A stretch of 64,000 nucleotides of DNA from Chloroflexota bacterium (lineage in GTDB: Bacteria; Chloroflexota; UBA11872; VXOZ01). Below the pieces are notes generated by a model, which was not told the origin of the DNA, did no database searches, and was given only the letters and a program-made list of their open reading frames with translations. Below are positions 1 through 9,979 of this stretch, in pieces (position 1 is the first letter of the stretch; each line of letters begins with the position of its first letter). The translations under genes were made by a program, and so were the position numbers. The stretch spans positions 1,541,336-1,605,335 of the forward strand of contig OZ242272.1 of assembly GCA_965207135.1 (NCBI GenBank), written 5' to 3'.

Positions 1-1893
1 GTCGTTTTCCGCAGTTATCCGGCGGCGGTAGGCAAAAGACTCGGTCACTATGATCGCGCCGGCCTGCATGGCTTCCCATACCTCGTCCTGTTCCACTGCG
101 AGCCAGACAAATCGACGCGATGGTGTAACTTGCTGTGGGTTTGTGCTGATCGCCACAAGATTGACCGGTGGCAATTGGGGATAGTCCGGCGCCAAGACCG
201 GTACGTCACGCGCCGTAGCAACGTGTGTGACACCCGGTTGCTCTTGCAACAGAGTTGTGAGACCGGGGTCAATATTGATAGTCTCCAAAAGGCCGCTCGC
301 TGGCGCGGAAATGAAGACATCGGCGGTCAACGCGCCGTCGAGCCATTCCGTGACCGTCCCGCGAAAACTCGCAATCATCACGCTTACGCCAACGATCACA
401 CTCACTGCCAGCGCCAGTGCCGCTACTGCGACGCCGGTGCGGCTCAATGAACGGACGATGGCGCGCGGCGCAATCCTGCCGAGGGTACCGAACAAGAGTC
501 CGCTTACCGGCTGTACGCTGCGCATTGCGAGCAGCAGCGCGGCCGGTGTGAAGAGTATGCAGCCCATCAAAATAAGGAAGAGGGCGCCGAGCCCAAAGAA
601 CAGGCTGCGCGTTTGCAATTGGGTGAGGCCAAAGCCGGCGGCCAGAACCACAAAACCTGCCGCTGCCGCCAAGTCCACGCGGGTACGCGTCGTCTGTTCC
701 GCATCGGCGCTGCGTAATGCGCTGGCGGCCGTGACACGCGTGGCGCCGATTGCGGGGAGCAACGCCGCGCCCAGACTAGCGATGAGCCCCGTTGCCACGC
801 CTTTGGCTACGGTGAACGTTGAGAGCGTGAGTACCTGTACTTCAACCCGATAGTAGAGATCGGTGATGGTTCTCGTTACCGCTCCCACCAGGAAACCCCC
901 GAGAAAGTATCCCGCCGCCACGCCGAGGAAGGTACCCACTACGCCAAAGACAAGCGCCTCGAGGAGAATTGACGCAAGAATCTGGCGGCGGGTAGCGCCA
1001 ATCGCGCGCAGCATGCCGATTTGCACGCGCCGCTGAACGACGCTGAACGACATAATGTTGTAAACGAGAAACATGCCGACGACCAGGGCGAGGAGACTAA
1101 GAGCTTGAAGATTCAGGGTGAAGCTGTCGCTGAGCTGCGCCAGGGTCTGCCTGTTGCTTGCGGCCGGCCTCACGGCAACACCAGGCGGAAGAGCCTCGCG
1201 GACATTCGATAGCGTCTGGGCATCGGTGAGGATCAGGTCTATTCGCGTTAGCACATGAGGGGTGTCTAGAAACTCCTGCGCCGTCGCTATGTCGGCAATT
1301 ACCAGCGCAGCCAGCGCCTGCCTGCTCAGGTCGTTCCAGGGACGTATGGTGCCCGCGAGGGTGAACGTTTCTCGGTTCTGCGTCGTGAAGAGCTCAAATG
1401 TGTCGCCGGGCTCGACGCCAAGCCGTGCAGCGACGGACTCCGACACCAGCACGGTATTTGGCTCAGCGAGAAGTCTGAGCAACGCTTGACCCGATACGCC
1501 GGTTGCGCCGGAAACCGCGGCGTCTGCTAAGAACTGACGCATCTGGGTTTCGGCAAATGGGTCTATGCCCATTAATGTCAACGCGAGGCCGCTTGCGCCT
1601 TCGCGGACCGTGCTCTGGACCACAGGCGCGGCAGTGCGGATGCCAAGATTCGTACGCAACCTGCGGTAGAGCGATGTTGGCACGCCGCTTGGACCGCCGA
1701 CTATCTCATGGGTCGCATTGCCCTGAAGACTTGCGGTGCTGAGGGCAAACGCGCGGCGTGCGGATTCAGCGGCCACGTCAACGCCCACGACCAATGAGAC
1801 ACCGGCCACAATGCTAAAGAGAAAGAGCGCGCTCTGGAGCAGGCGCCGTTGCAGCGCACGGTAGGCAAGTCGGCTGACGACTGTGATTGCCAT
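1..1893 (-). CDS. ABC transporter permease, FtsX/MacB family; partial, runs off the window start
   Basis: Minus-strand frame beginning at ATG 1891-1893 reads [20 protein letters not shown]..., the typical MacB/LolE N-terminal TM1 pattern. The frame stays open to position 1 (more than 630 aa), with two FtsX-like hydrophobic blocks separated by a large extracytoplasmic domain. It is absent from the ORF track only because no stop falls inside the window. It starts 4 nt after the ATPase stop. Confidence 0.8.
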   Translation of the reverse strand, partial: MAITVVSRLAYRALQRRLLQSALFLFSIVAGVSLVVGVDVAAESARRAFALSTASLQGNATHEIVGGPSGVPTSLYRRLRTNLGIRTAAPVVQSTVREGASGLALTLMGIDPFAETQMRQFLADAAVSGATGVSGQALLRLLAEPNTVLVSESVAARLGVEPGDTFELFTTQNRETFTLAGTIRPWNDLSRQALAALVIADIATAQEFLDTPHVLTRIDLILTDAQTLSNVREALPPGVAVRPAASNRQTLAQLSDSFTLNLQALSLLALVVGMFLVYNIMSFSVVQRRVQIGMLRAIGATRRQILASILLEALVFGVVGTFLGVAAGYFLGGFLVGAVTRTITDLYYRVEVQVLTLSTFTVAKGVATGLIASLGAALLPAIGATRVTAASALRSADAEQTTRTRVDLAAAAGFVVLAAGFGLTQLQTRSLFFGLGALFLILMGCILFTPAALLLAMRSVQPVSGLLFGTLGRIAPRAIVRSLSRTGVAVAALALAVSVIVGVSVMIASFRGTVTEWLDGALTADVFISAPASGLLETINIDPGLTTLLQEQPGVTHVATARDVPVLAPDYPQLPPVNLVAISTNPQQVTPSRRFVWLAVEQDEVWEAMQAGAIIVTESFAYRRRITAEND

Positions 1894-1897
1894 TATC

Positions 1898-2608
1898 TCA
1901 AGGTACAGGGGCAGCAACCGGTTGCGTTGTCATCGCACCACCATGGAGCCGGCAGATTCGGGATGCCTGTCGGGCAATCTCGTGGTCGTGCGTGGCCATC
2001 ATGAGAGTGCGCCCGGCTTCCCGCGTGAGCTCAAGCAAGAGTGAGAGCACGCGCGCGCTATTTTCCGCATCCAGGTTGCCGGTCGGCTCATCCGCAAGCA
2101 CCAAGAGCGGCTGGTGCGCCAACGCGCGGGCTATGGCAACCCGTTGCTGCTCGCCTCCACTCAACCTATCCGGAAATGTGTTCCGCCGATCGCTGAGGCC
2201 TACGCGCTCGAGCAGCGCCGCCGCCTGGTCCCGCAGCTTGGCAGTCACAGCGCCCTCAAGTTCAGCGGGCAAGAGCACGTTTTCCCAGACGGTAAGGGTG
2301 GGAATGAGATTGAACAACTGAAAGATCATGCCGACGTGGCGACGGCGAAAGCGCGTGCGGCTTGAGTCGTTGAAACTCGTAAGTTCACTCCCGTCGATGA
2401 CGATGGAGCCGTCGTCGGGCGTGTCAATGCCGCCAATCAAATGCAGCAGGGTCGTCTTGCCGCTGCCGCTGCTCCCCAGGATAGCGACGAATTCGCCGCG
2501 GTTAACTTCCAAGCTGACCTTGTTAAGCACGACCCGCTGCTCGCCATGGTCGTAGTAGGACTTGCTGATGTCAGAGAGGGTGACAAAGGGACTTTGGCCG
2601 TTGCTCAT
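1898..2608 (-). CDS. ABC transporter ATP-binding protein (MacB/LolD/FtsE-like)
   Basis: Walker [10 protein letters not shown], signature [15 protein letters not shown] and Walker [14 protein letters not shown] are all present. The start was moved to the ATG at 2606-2608 (MSNGQSP...) inside the longer track ORF 1898..2665. Confidence 0.9.
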   Translation of the reverse strand: MSNGQSPFVTLSDISKSYYDHGEQRVVLNKVSLEVNRGEFVAILGSSGSGKTTLLHLIGGIDTPDDGSIVIDGSELTSFNDSSRTRFRRRHVGMIFQLFNLIPTLTVWENVLLPAELEGAVTAKLRDQAAALLERVGLSDRRNTFPDRLSGGEQQRVAIARALAHQPLLVLADEPTGNLDAENSARVLSLLLELTREAGRTLMMATHDHEIARQASRICRLHGGAMTTQPVAAPVP

Positions 2609-2708
2609 TATTTGTAGCCACGCACTCTGTGAGTAGAAGTAGGAAATTGACCGCACCACCACCACAGGCTATCGTTTGCCGTGGAATGGCACTAACTCTT
2701 GTTTCAAT

Positions 2709-3320
2709 TTACGCAGACATTTCTGCGAGTCGTTTGAACGCCGTAGGTGGCGGTCCATCCCTAAGGTGTCGTCGGACTGTGGCGGCGCACTCTTGAGGAG
2801 TGAGTTGCGATGTATCGACCTCGAGATCATAGATTCCGGGGATATGGACCTCACGTTGCCAGCGGCGCACTTGGTCATCCAATCCCCGCTCGAGGTTCCA
2901 CGTCTGCTGTCGCCGCTCCACAATGGTGTCTATAGGACAACGCACTCCTACAAATAGGACAGGTAACTCTCTCAAACGCCGCGCACAGTCGAAGAGTATG
3001 CCCCACGGCTCTGAGTAGGCGTCGTGATGGCCGACGTCGACGACCACATTTATACCCAATCTGCTGTGCGCGGCGATAGATTCGTACATGGCCGCATACA
3101 AAACTGGAACGAGAGGTTCGATTGTATCGGACAACTCTCCGCCCGGACGCAGACCGATCCCCGGACTGAAGCGTTGCGAGGTTAGTTGCTTGAATCCGTC
3201 TACGCCAAGGTTTATCCAAACACCTGCGAACGAATCCAAAATCACTTCGGCAATGCTAGACTTGCCTGCTCGCGGAGTGCCGTTCAGGATGATGATCTGT
3301 CCAGGCTTGGTAGTTTTCAT
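2709..3320 (-). CDS. P-loop kinase of the chloramphenicol phosphotransferase-like (CPT) family
   Basis: MKTTKPGQIIILNGTPRAGKSSIA P-loop, a VGVRC motif and a C-terminal VHIPGIYDLEVDTS resemble CPT (Streptomyces chloramphenicol 3-O-phosphotransferase). The ATG at 3318-3320 was chosen because the track ORF 2709..3554 would otherwise read across a tRNA gene. Confidence 0.7.
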   Translation of the reverse strand: MKTTKPGQIIILNGTPRAGKSSIAEVILDSFAGVWINLGVDGFKQLTSQRFSPGIGLRPGGELSDTIEPLVPVLYAAMYESIAAHSRLGINVVVDVGHHDAYSEPWGILFDCARRLRELPVLFVGVRCPIDTIVERRQQTWNLERGLDDQVRRWQREVHIPGIYDLEVDTSQLTPQECAATVRRHLRDGPPPTAFKRLAEMSA

Positions 3321-3434
3321 GCAGTTCTCCGCAATCAAGCGGGAAACTTGCCTAACGTCAGTGTCGAGGAGATAGTTTGCCACTTGGATGGAGACGCATG
3401 AAGGCCCACTCAAGAGAAAGACAGGCCTAGACTG

Positions 3435-3509
3435 TGGTACCCCCAGGGCGACTCGAACGCCCGCTCCTGGCTCCGGAGGCCAGTGCTCTATCCACTGAGC
3501 TATGGGGGC
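3435..3509 (-). tRNA. tRNA-Arg (anticodon CCG)
   Basis: Reverse complement reads GCCCCCATAGCTCAGTGGATAGAGCACTGGCCTCCGGAGCCAGGAGCGGGCGTTCGAGTCGCCCTGGGGGTACCA. It has a canonical D-arm (GCTCAGTGGATAGAGC), an anticodon loop CTCCGGA, a T-arm (GGGCGTTCGAGTCGCCC) and a 3' CCA. Coordinates were hand-counted, +/-2. Confidence 0.85.
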
Positions 3510-3602
3510 ATGTTGCCTTCTATGATACCAGACACATGCACACCCACCATACACTGCGGGCGTGAAGCGCGTGCGGCGAAAGTGTGAGAGAGGTTGTGGG
3601 AC

Positions 3603-5078
3603 CTAGCGGGTTAGTGCCAGCTTGCCCACTTCTTCCAAGGCGGACTGTGCCCACTCAATCGCCCCGGTTGGATAGATGCCCAGCACGAGCGTGCCGATGA
3701 TGCCGATTGCAACCACCGCGCTGATCGCTGTGGAGGAGGGTACGGGCAGCAAGCGCGGCTGGCCCTCGACCATGTACATGTTCACCACCACGCGCAAGTA
3801 GTAGTAGGCCGAAACCGTGCTGGTTAGCACCAGGACTACTGCTACCCAGGTCAAGCCGCCGTTTACGGCAACTTGCAGGAGGTAGAGTTTGCCAAAGAAT
3901 CCTGCCGCTGGCGGTATGCCGGTGAGCGAAATCATGAATATCACCATAGCGGCCGCCATCAATGGCGAAGTGCGACCGAGGTTTTGGAAATTTTCCATGT
4001 CCGTGCCGCCCGTGCGCCGCTCTACCGCAAAGGTAACGGCAAAGGCGCCGAGGGTCATGAGCGCATAGACCGCAGCATAGAACATGACCGCTGCCACAGC
4101 GTCACGCGCGAGGCCCCCCGCTTCGGATTGCGTGTGTACCACAGCGACGCCAATGAGCATATAACCCGTATGTGCGATTGAAGAGTATGCCAACAGGCGC
4201 TTGACGTCCCGCTGCCAGATGGCGACGAAATTACCGACGATCATGCTTGCCACCGCAACGGCGATGATGATGGGCAAGACCATGTCTTGCCACGGTTCAA
4301 GCCCGTGCACGACCACCCGCAGGAGACCTGCCATGGCACCCATCTTGGCTCCCGCGGCCAAGAAGGCAGTGGATGGCGTGGGCGCTCCCTGGTACGCGTC
4401 CGGGGTCCACATGTGAAACGGAACCGCGGCAACTTTGAAAGCGAGGCCGACGAGCAGCAGGCCGAGACCGAGCAGGAACCACGGGCTGCTCGCTTCTTGA
4501 CTCTGCACGTACAACGCCATGTCTGCGAGGTTGGTTGTGCCGGTCAGGCCGAAGAGCCACGCGATGCCATAGAGCAATAGACCGGAGGCAAACGCGCCGA
4601 GCAGGAAGTACTTGAGCGCGCCCTCAGTCGCCCGAAACCGATCACGCTTGATGGCAACGAGCACGTAGACGGGAATGGACGTGAGCTCGACACCAAGATA
4701 GAGCAATATCAAGTCACCCGTGGCCCCGAGCAGCAGCATACCGACTGTTGCAAACAGAATGAGCGCCGACAATTCGGCAAACGGTACGTCCTTCGACTGC
4801 GCAAAGGCCAGCACGATGCTGAGAGCGGCAATGGCGATGAAGAGTACTTTGAAAAAGACCGCAAACCCGTCCGTCAAAACCATGCCGCCGAACGCGGATG
4901 TGGCGTCGACCCGCACCGCGACGCTCACGAGAATTGCGATGACGCTGCCGGCGACAACCAAGGCCATTAGACTGCGATGCGTGCGCTGGCCGCCAAACGC
5001 ATCAACCATGAGCACGCAAGCGGCAATCACCGTGAGGATGATCTCCGGCAGAATGCTGATGAGGTCTTGTGTTTCCAC
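3603..5078 (-). CDS. nuoN: NADH-quinone oxidoreductase subunit N
   Basis: 491-aa polytopic membrane protein with a GTG start. It is the last gene of a co-directional nuo cluster. It has the family hallmarks, e.g. WTPDAYQGAPTP. Confidence 0.9.
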   Translation of the reverse strand: METQDLISILPEIILTVIAACVLMVDAFGGQRTHRSLMALVVAGSVIAILVSVAVRVDATSAFGGMVLTDGFAVFFKVLFIAIAALSIVLAFAQSKDVPFAELSALILFATVGMLLLGATGDLILLYLGVELTSIPVYVLVAIKRDRFRATEGALKYFLLGAFASGLLLYGIAWLFGLTGTTNLADMALYVQSQEASSPWFLLGLGLLLVGLAFKVAAVPFHMWTPDAYQGAPTPSTAFLAAGAKMGAMAGLLRVVVHGLEPWQDMVLPIIIAVAVASMIVGNFVAIWQRDVKRLLAYSSIAHTGYMLIGVAVVHTQSEAGGLARDAVAAVMFYAAVYALMTLGAFAVTFAVERRTGGTDMENFQNLGRTSPLMAAAMVIFMISLTGIPPAAGFFGKLYLLQVAVNGGLTWVAVVLVLTSTVSAYYYLRVVVNMYMVEGQPRLLPVPSSTAISAVVAIGIIGTLVLGIYPTGAIEWAQSALEEVGKLALTR

Positions 5079-5112
5079 TAGGTCGGTCCTTACTGGTGCC
5101 CTGCGAAAAAGG

Positions 5113-6615
5113 CTACTTGATCAGCGCGCTCGTAACCTCGGCTGCCGTTAACGCATGCACTATGCCACTTATGTCAGCCGTAAAGATCCCGATGAAGACT
5201 TGTGGCTGAATGCCTGCCCACAATGTGACCAAAGCAATCGCCGCGAGTATTGCGGTCTCTAGCCTCGTAAGGTCTTCTAACCGGCGATGCACTTCTTTCA
5301 GCGAACCGAGCATCACTCGCCAGTACATCCAAAGCATGTACGCCGCGGACAGAATGATACCGAAGACCGCCAGAACGCCAAAGATGCGAATGTCGGCAAC
5401 GAAGGCCCCAAGCAGTACCATGAATTCGCCAACAAAGCCGGAGAGTCCCGGCAAGCCGATCGAGGCAAGCGAGAAGAAGAGGAATAGCGCTGCGAATATC
5501 GGCAAACGGTGGGCTAGCCCGCCAAGGTTGGCGATACGTCGGTCATGGGTTCGTTCGTAGAGCTGCCCGACGCAGAGGAAGAGCGCCCCGGTAACCAAGC
5601 CGTGGCTGAACATTTGCATCATCGCGCCGTCGAGTCCCTGCTGCGTGAACGAAAAAATGCCCAAAGTTACAAATCCCATGTGGCTCACAGAGGAATAGGC
5701 GATGAGCTTCTTCAAGTCTGTCTGCATGAGCGCGACCATCGCGCCATAGAGTATCGCTACGACCGAGAGTACAAGGATAATTGTCTGCGCAGCCTGGCTG
5801 GCGTCGGGGAATAGCGGCAGGCTGAAGCGAATGAAGCCATATCCACCCATCTTCAGCAAGATGCCGGCCAGAATGACGCTGCCGGTAGTCGGCGCTTCAA
5901 CGTGCGCATCCGGCAGCCACGTGTGAAACGGCACCATCGGTACCTTGATTGCAAAGGCCAGGAAAAAGGCGAGGAAGGCCCAGAGTTGGAAGCGCTCGCC
6001 GTAGGTCCCTTGGGTGAGTTCGAGAATATCGAATGTATACACGCCCGTGGTATTGCCGTAAACGAAATAGAGCGCCAAGATGGCCACCAACATGAGCAGG
6101 CTGCCGAATAGCGTATAAAGCACGAACTTAACCGTCGCGTACACGCGGCGTTCGCCTCCCCACACGCCGATCAATACGTACATGGGAATGAGCATGATCT
6201 CCCAAAAGACGTAGAAGAGCACGAAGTCAAGCGCCAAGAAGACGCCCGTAATGCCCACTTCCAGCAAGAGCATTGTGAATAGATACTCTTTGACCCGGTC
6301 ATGCACGGATGCCCAGGCGTAGACGATGCACAGGAAGAATAGGAACGTATTGAGGAGCACCATCAGGAGGCTAATGCCGTCGACGCCCAGCGCGTACTGA
6401 ATGCCTAAGGCAGGCAGCCAGTCGAAAGACTCTCGGAACTGCATGCCGTCGCCGGGGTTGAAACTCGCCCAAACGGCCACGCTCAAGAGTAGTGAGAGCG
6501 CGGAACCCGCAATCGCCACCGCGAACATCGCCCGGCGTTCACGCAAGAACAGCACGATGACGGCTGCAATGAGCGGCAACCAAAGAACTATGGAGAGAAT
6601 TGGGATTGAAGCCAC
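5113..6615 (-). CDS. nuoM: NADH-quinone oxidoreductase subunit M
   Basis: 500-aa antiporter-like subunit (FHTWLPDAHVEAPT). It sits between nuoL and nuoN. Confidence 0.9.
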   Translation of the reverse strand: MASIPILSIVLWLPLIAAVIVLFLRERRAMFAVAIAGSALSLLLSVAVWASFNPGDGMQFRESFDWLPALGIQYALGVDGISLLMVLLNTFLFFLCIVYAWASVHDRVKEYLFTMLLLEVGITGVFLALDFVLFYVFWEIMLIPMYVLIGVWGGERRVYATVKFVLYTLFGSLLMLVAILALYFVYGNTTGVYTFDILELTQGTYGERFQLWAFLAFFLAFAIKVPMVPFHTWLPDAHVEAPTTGSVILAGILLKMGGYGFIRFSLPLFPDASQAAQTIILVLSVVAILYGAMVALMQTDLKKLIAYSSVSHMGFVTLGIFSFTQQGLDGAMMQMFSHGLVTGALFLCVGQLYERTHDRRIANLGGLAHRLPIFAALFLFFSLASIGLPGLSGFVGEFMVLLGAFVADIRIFGVLAVFGIILSAAYMLWMYWRVMLGSLKEVHRRLEDLTRLETAILAAIALVTLWAGIQPQVFIGIFTADISGIVHALTAAEVTSALIK

Positions 6616-6625
6616 TGATGTCTCC

Positions 6626-8533
6626 TCAGCGCGCCATTATGATATAGAAAGCCAAGACAAGCGCTGTACCCAGGGCAACGCTAAAGGCGTAGTTCTCCAG
6701 GCGGCCGGTCTGCATGCGGCGGAGGCCGCCGCCAACGCCTCTGACAACAAGCCCAACGAGGTTGACGACACCATCCACGATGTTAAGGTCGAACCAGGCA
6801 AAGAGCCGGCCTGCGGCCCGAGTCCCACCTGCCAACACCGCATCGTAGAAGTCGTCCAGATAGTATTTGTTGACCAATAGTGCATGGAGAGGCGGCGCTA
6901 AGCCCGCAACGGTCTCAGGAGCCGGCGACCTGCGCATATAGATGCCATAGGCGACAAGGATCCCCAACAGGGCAATAACCGTTGAAACCGCCATCAGCGC
7001 GAGTACAAACTCCGTCGACGGCACGTGGACCAAGCCGGCAAACTCAGCCGCCAGGAACGTATCGTGGAGATAATTGTGGATCAAGCCATGCTCCGGGGGC
7101 ACGCCAACGAAACCCGCGCCCACCGCGCCCACCGCAAGCACAATGAGCGGCACGGTCATTACCCGCGGCGATTCGTGAACATGGGAGAATCTCTCAGCCG
7201 CCATTCGCGTCTTGCCGAAGAAGGTGAGGAAAATCATGCGGAACGTGTAGACAGCGGTGAGGAGCGACGCCAACGCGCCCAGGACAAAGAGAAGGTAACC
7301 AAGATCACCTGAGAGTAACGTGGCTCCCAGCAGTTCATCCTTGCTCCAGAATCCTGCCAATGGAATTATGCCGGAAAGCGCGAGGCCGCCAATGATGTAA
7401 GTGGCGCCGGTGACGGGCATCTTGCCAAAAAGACCGCCCATACGTTGCATATCCTGTTCTTCGTCCGTGCCATGAATTACGGAGCCGGAACCCAGGAAGA
7501 GCAGGCCCTTAAAGAAGGCGTGAGTTGCTAAGTGAAAGATGGCTGCGGTAAATGCGCCTACGCCCAGCGCCATGAACATGAGCCCAAGCTGGCTGACTGT
7601 CGAATAGGCCAAGACACGTTTAATGTCGTTTTGCGCCAGGCCGATGGTTGCCGCAAACAGGGCGGTGAACGCGCCGACAAGTGCCACCACTGTCATCGCG
7701 GTAGAAGACAGCACGTAAAGCGGATTGAACCGTGCCACCATGTATACGCCCGCGGTTACCATCGTTGCCGCGTGAATCAGCGCGCTCACGGGCGTCGGGC
7801 CCTCCATCGCGTCGGGCAGCCACACGTGCAGCGGGAATTGGGCAGACTTGCCCATGGCTCCCACGAACAACATGAGACAGATGAGGGTAAGCATACCGGG
7901 ACGCGCAGCCTCAATTACCGGTGCCAAACTGAAGATTTCATCGTAGTTCAACGTTCCAAAGAAATGCCAGATGAGAAGCAAGCCGATGAGAAAGCCGACG
8001 TCGCCAATTCTATTTGTCAGAAAGGCCTTCACTGCGGCTGCAGAAGCGGATTGACGCTCAAACCAAAAGCCGATGAGCAAGTAGGAACACAAGCCCACGG
8101 CTTCCCAAAATACGAACAGGACCAACAGGTTGTTCGCCATCACGAGCATGATCATCGCGAAGACGAAGAGCGGCAGATACGTGAAGAAGCGCCAGAAGCC
8201 GGGGTCATTGTCCATGTACCCAATCGAGTACACGTGCACCATGAATGAGACGCTCGTGACGACGAGCAGCATCACCAGCGTGAGGGCGTCGACACGCAGC
8301 ACAATGTCCAGCGAGAAGTCACCGGAAACAGCCCACGTCCAAAGGGAAACGGTCTCGGGCTCTGCATGGTCGAGTTGCGCGACGAAAAGGAGCACACTGA
8401 CCACAAGGGCGCCCAAAACACCGGCGTTCGCAATAATGCCGGTGCGCTTCTTAAGGTAGGTACGCCCAAGCGCGCCATTGATCGCGAAAGCGATGAGTGG
8501 CAACGCCGGAATGAGCCAGGCAACTTGGACCAT
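6626..8533 (-). CDS. nuoL: NADH-quinone oxidoreductase subunit L
   Basis: 635-aa antiporter-like subunit with a long C-terminal extension (HVWLPDAMEGPTPVSALIHAATMV). Confidence 0.9.
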   Translation of the reverse strand: MVQVAWLIPALPLIAFAINGALGRTYLKKRTGIIANAGVLGALVVSVLLFVAQLDHAEPETVSLWTWAVSGDFSLDIVLRVDALTLVMLLVVTSVSFMVHVYSIGYMDNDPGFWRFFTYLPLFVFAMIMLVMANNLLVLFVFWEAVGLCSYLLIGFWFERQSASAAAVKAFLTNRIGDVGFLIGLLLIWHFFGTLNYDEIFSLAPVIEAARPGMLTLICLMLFVGAMGKSAQFPLHVWLPDAMEGPTPVSALIHAATMVTAGVYMVARFNPLYVLSSTAMTVVALVGAFTALFAATIGLAQNDIKRVLAYSTVSQLGLMFMALGVGAFTAAIFHLATHAFFKGLLFLGSGSVIHGTDEEQDMQRMGGLFGKMPVTGATYIIGGLALSGIIPLAGFWSKDELLGATLLSGDLGYLLFVLGALASLLTAVYTFRMIFLTFFGKTRMAAERFSHVHESPRVMTVPLIVLAVGAVGAGFVGVPPEHGLIHNYLHDTFLAAEFAGLVHVPSTEFVLALMAVSTVIALLGILVAYGIYMRRSPAPETVAGLAPPLHALLVNKYYLDDFYDAVLAGGTRAAGRLFAWFDLNIVDGVVNLVGLVVRGVGGGLRRMQTGRLENYAFSVALGTALVLAFYIIMAR

Positions 8534-8548
8534 TATGTACTTTCGCCC

Positions 8549-8857
8549 TTACCCCTTGAGAGTATCGATTTCATCGACGTTCAGCGTGTCCCGATGGCGC
8601 GAAAGCGCCACAATGATGGCAAGCCCCACTGCCGCTTCAGCCGCCGCGACCGTCAGCGAGAATATGACAAACGCTTGCCCGAGCATATTGTCCAAGGCCA
8701 CAGCGAAACCAACGAAGGTCACATTCGCACCAAGTAAGATCAGTTCGATTGACATAAATACTATGAGCAGATTGCGCCGCACCAGCACGCCCAGCAGGCC
8801 GACAATGAACAGTGCCGCGCCCAGCACCAAGTAGTACTCCAAGGCAGGGATGATCAT
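8549..8857 (-). CDS. nuoK: NADH-quinone oxidoreductase subunit K
   Basis: 102-aa protein with three TM helices (MSIELILLGANVTFVGFA). Confidence 0.9.
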   Translation of the reverse strand: MIIPALEYYLVLGAALFIVGLLGVLVRRNLLIVFMSIELILLGANVTFVGFAVALDNMLGQAFVIFSLTVAAAEAAVGLAIIVALSRHRDTLNVDEIDTLKG

Positions 8858-8874
8858 GTGTAGTGCCTAACTCC

Positions 8875-9498
8875 TCAGCGCGGCTCGACAGAGTCTTGCT
8901 CGCGACTCTTTGCCTTTTCGTACCGTTCCGCCATCCACTCGCCAACGCCCATTTCCGAGGACGAGCGCGGCCGCCTCGGCTTCTGCCTTGCTAAGACAAT
9001 TGCCCCTACCACTGCAGCGGTTAGCAAGACCGAGGCAACTTCAAATGGCAGCAGATAGTCCCGGAAAAGCACCTGCCCCAATGCCTGGACGTTGCCTCCC
9101 TGTCCGGCAACCCACGCCGGAGAGTGGACGCCCTGCGCACCAACGGTGATAGTTGCGCCGGTCAGCACCACGAACTCCAGAAAGAGGGTGGCGCCAACCA
9201 CAATCGCCAGCGGCGCTTGCACGTGGAACTGCCGTGCCCGCTCGACCACACCGAGGTTTAGGAGCATCATGGTAAACAGGAATAGCACAATAATTGCGCC
9301 GGCGTAAATGATGATATGCGCTGCCGCGAGAAACTCGGCGCGAAGCAGGATGAAGATCCCTGCCAGGTGGAAGACAACCCCCACCAGCGCCAGCGCACAC
9401 TGCACGGGGTTCCGCAGCATGATTACAAGCACTGCAAACGCCACGCACGCCAGCGCGAGATACGCAAAGATGAGGGAGAGCAAGGTCTCGCTATTCAA
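8875..9498 (-). CDS. nuoJ: NADH-quinone oxidoreductase subunit J
   Basis: 207-aa membrane subunit sitting between nuoI and nuoK. Confidence 0.85.
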   Translation of the reverse strand: MNSETLLSLIFAYLALACVAFAVLVIMLRNPVQCALALVGVVFHLAGIFILLRAEFLAAAHIIIYAGAIIVLFLFTMMLLNLGVVERARQFHVQAPLAIVVGATLFLEFVVLTGATITVGAQGVHSPAWVAGQGGNVQALGQVLFRDYLLPFEVASVLLTAAVVGAIVLARQKPRRPRSSSEMGVGEWMAERYEKAKSREQDSVEPR

Positions 9499-9949
9499 GC
9501 GTTGAGACCTCCTTGCCTTGCTTGTCTACCAAGTCCATTAGGCGGTCCACATCGTAGATGAGCGTGCTGCGATCGTCGGTGGAGAAATTGTAGGCATCGG
9601 TCATCTCCAGCGCTTCCACCGGGCAGGCCTCAACGCAAAGCCCGCAAAAGAGACAGCGCCCAACATCCAGCGTGTACGACGTTACCACTTTGTCCGTCGG
9701 CAGTGTGGGATTAGACTCTGTCGTAATGGTGATGCACTCATTTGGGCACGCGGTCTCGCACAGCCCGCAGCCGACGCACTTCGGCCGTCCGTCCGGTCTG
9801 CGGCGCATGCCGACTGCGCCGCGATAAATCGAGGAAAGGGTACGTTTTTGCTCCGGATAGCGAATTGTCACGGGCTGCCGAAAGAACTCGCGCAAGGTAA
9901 TACTCAACCCTCTCGCGATTGGTAGCAGCGATTCAAACCGAAAACTCAT
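9491..9949 (-). CDS. nuoI: NADH-quinone oxidoreductase subunit I (2x[4Fe-4S] ferredoxin-type)
   Basis: Two CxxCxxCxxxCP motifs are present: CVGCGLCETACP and CLFCGLCVEACP. Confidence 0.9.
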   Translation of the reverse strand: MSFRFESLLPIARGLSITLREFFRQPVTIRYPEQKRTLSSIYRGAVGMRRRPDGRPKCVGCGLCETACPNECITITTESNPTLPTDKVVTSYTLDVGRCLFCGLCVEACPVEALEMTDAYNFSTDDRSTLIYDVDRLMDLVDKQGKEVSTLE

Positions 9950-9979
9950 CGCTTCTCCTCTCTCGAATCCTTGTTTTGT

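Noticed and set aside
227-853. 208-aa plus-strand ORF, and other plus-strand ORFs in 1-1900
   Set aside because: They are antisense to the continuous FtsX-permease reading frame. They are Ala/Arg/Ser-rich, which is typical of GC-rich frame artefacts.
3321-3554. N-terminal extension of track ORF 2709..3554
   Set aside because: It would read straight through the tRNA-Arg gene. The internal ATG at 3320 gives a canonical P-loop kinase N-terminus.
7532-8248. 238-aa His/Arg-rich plus-strand ORF
   Set aside because: Antisense to nuoL, with low complexity and no SD. It is a frame artefact.
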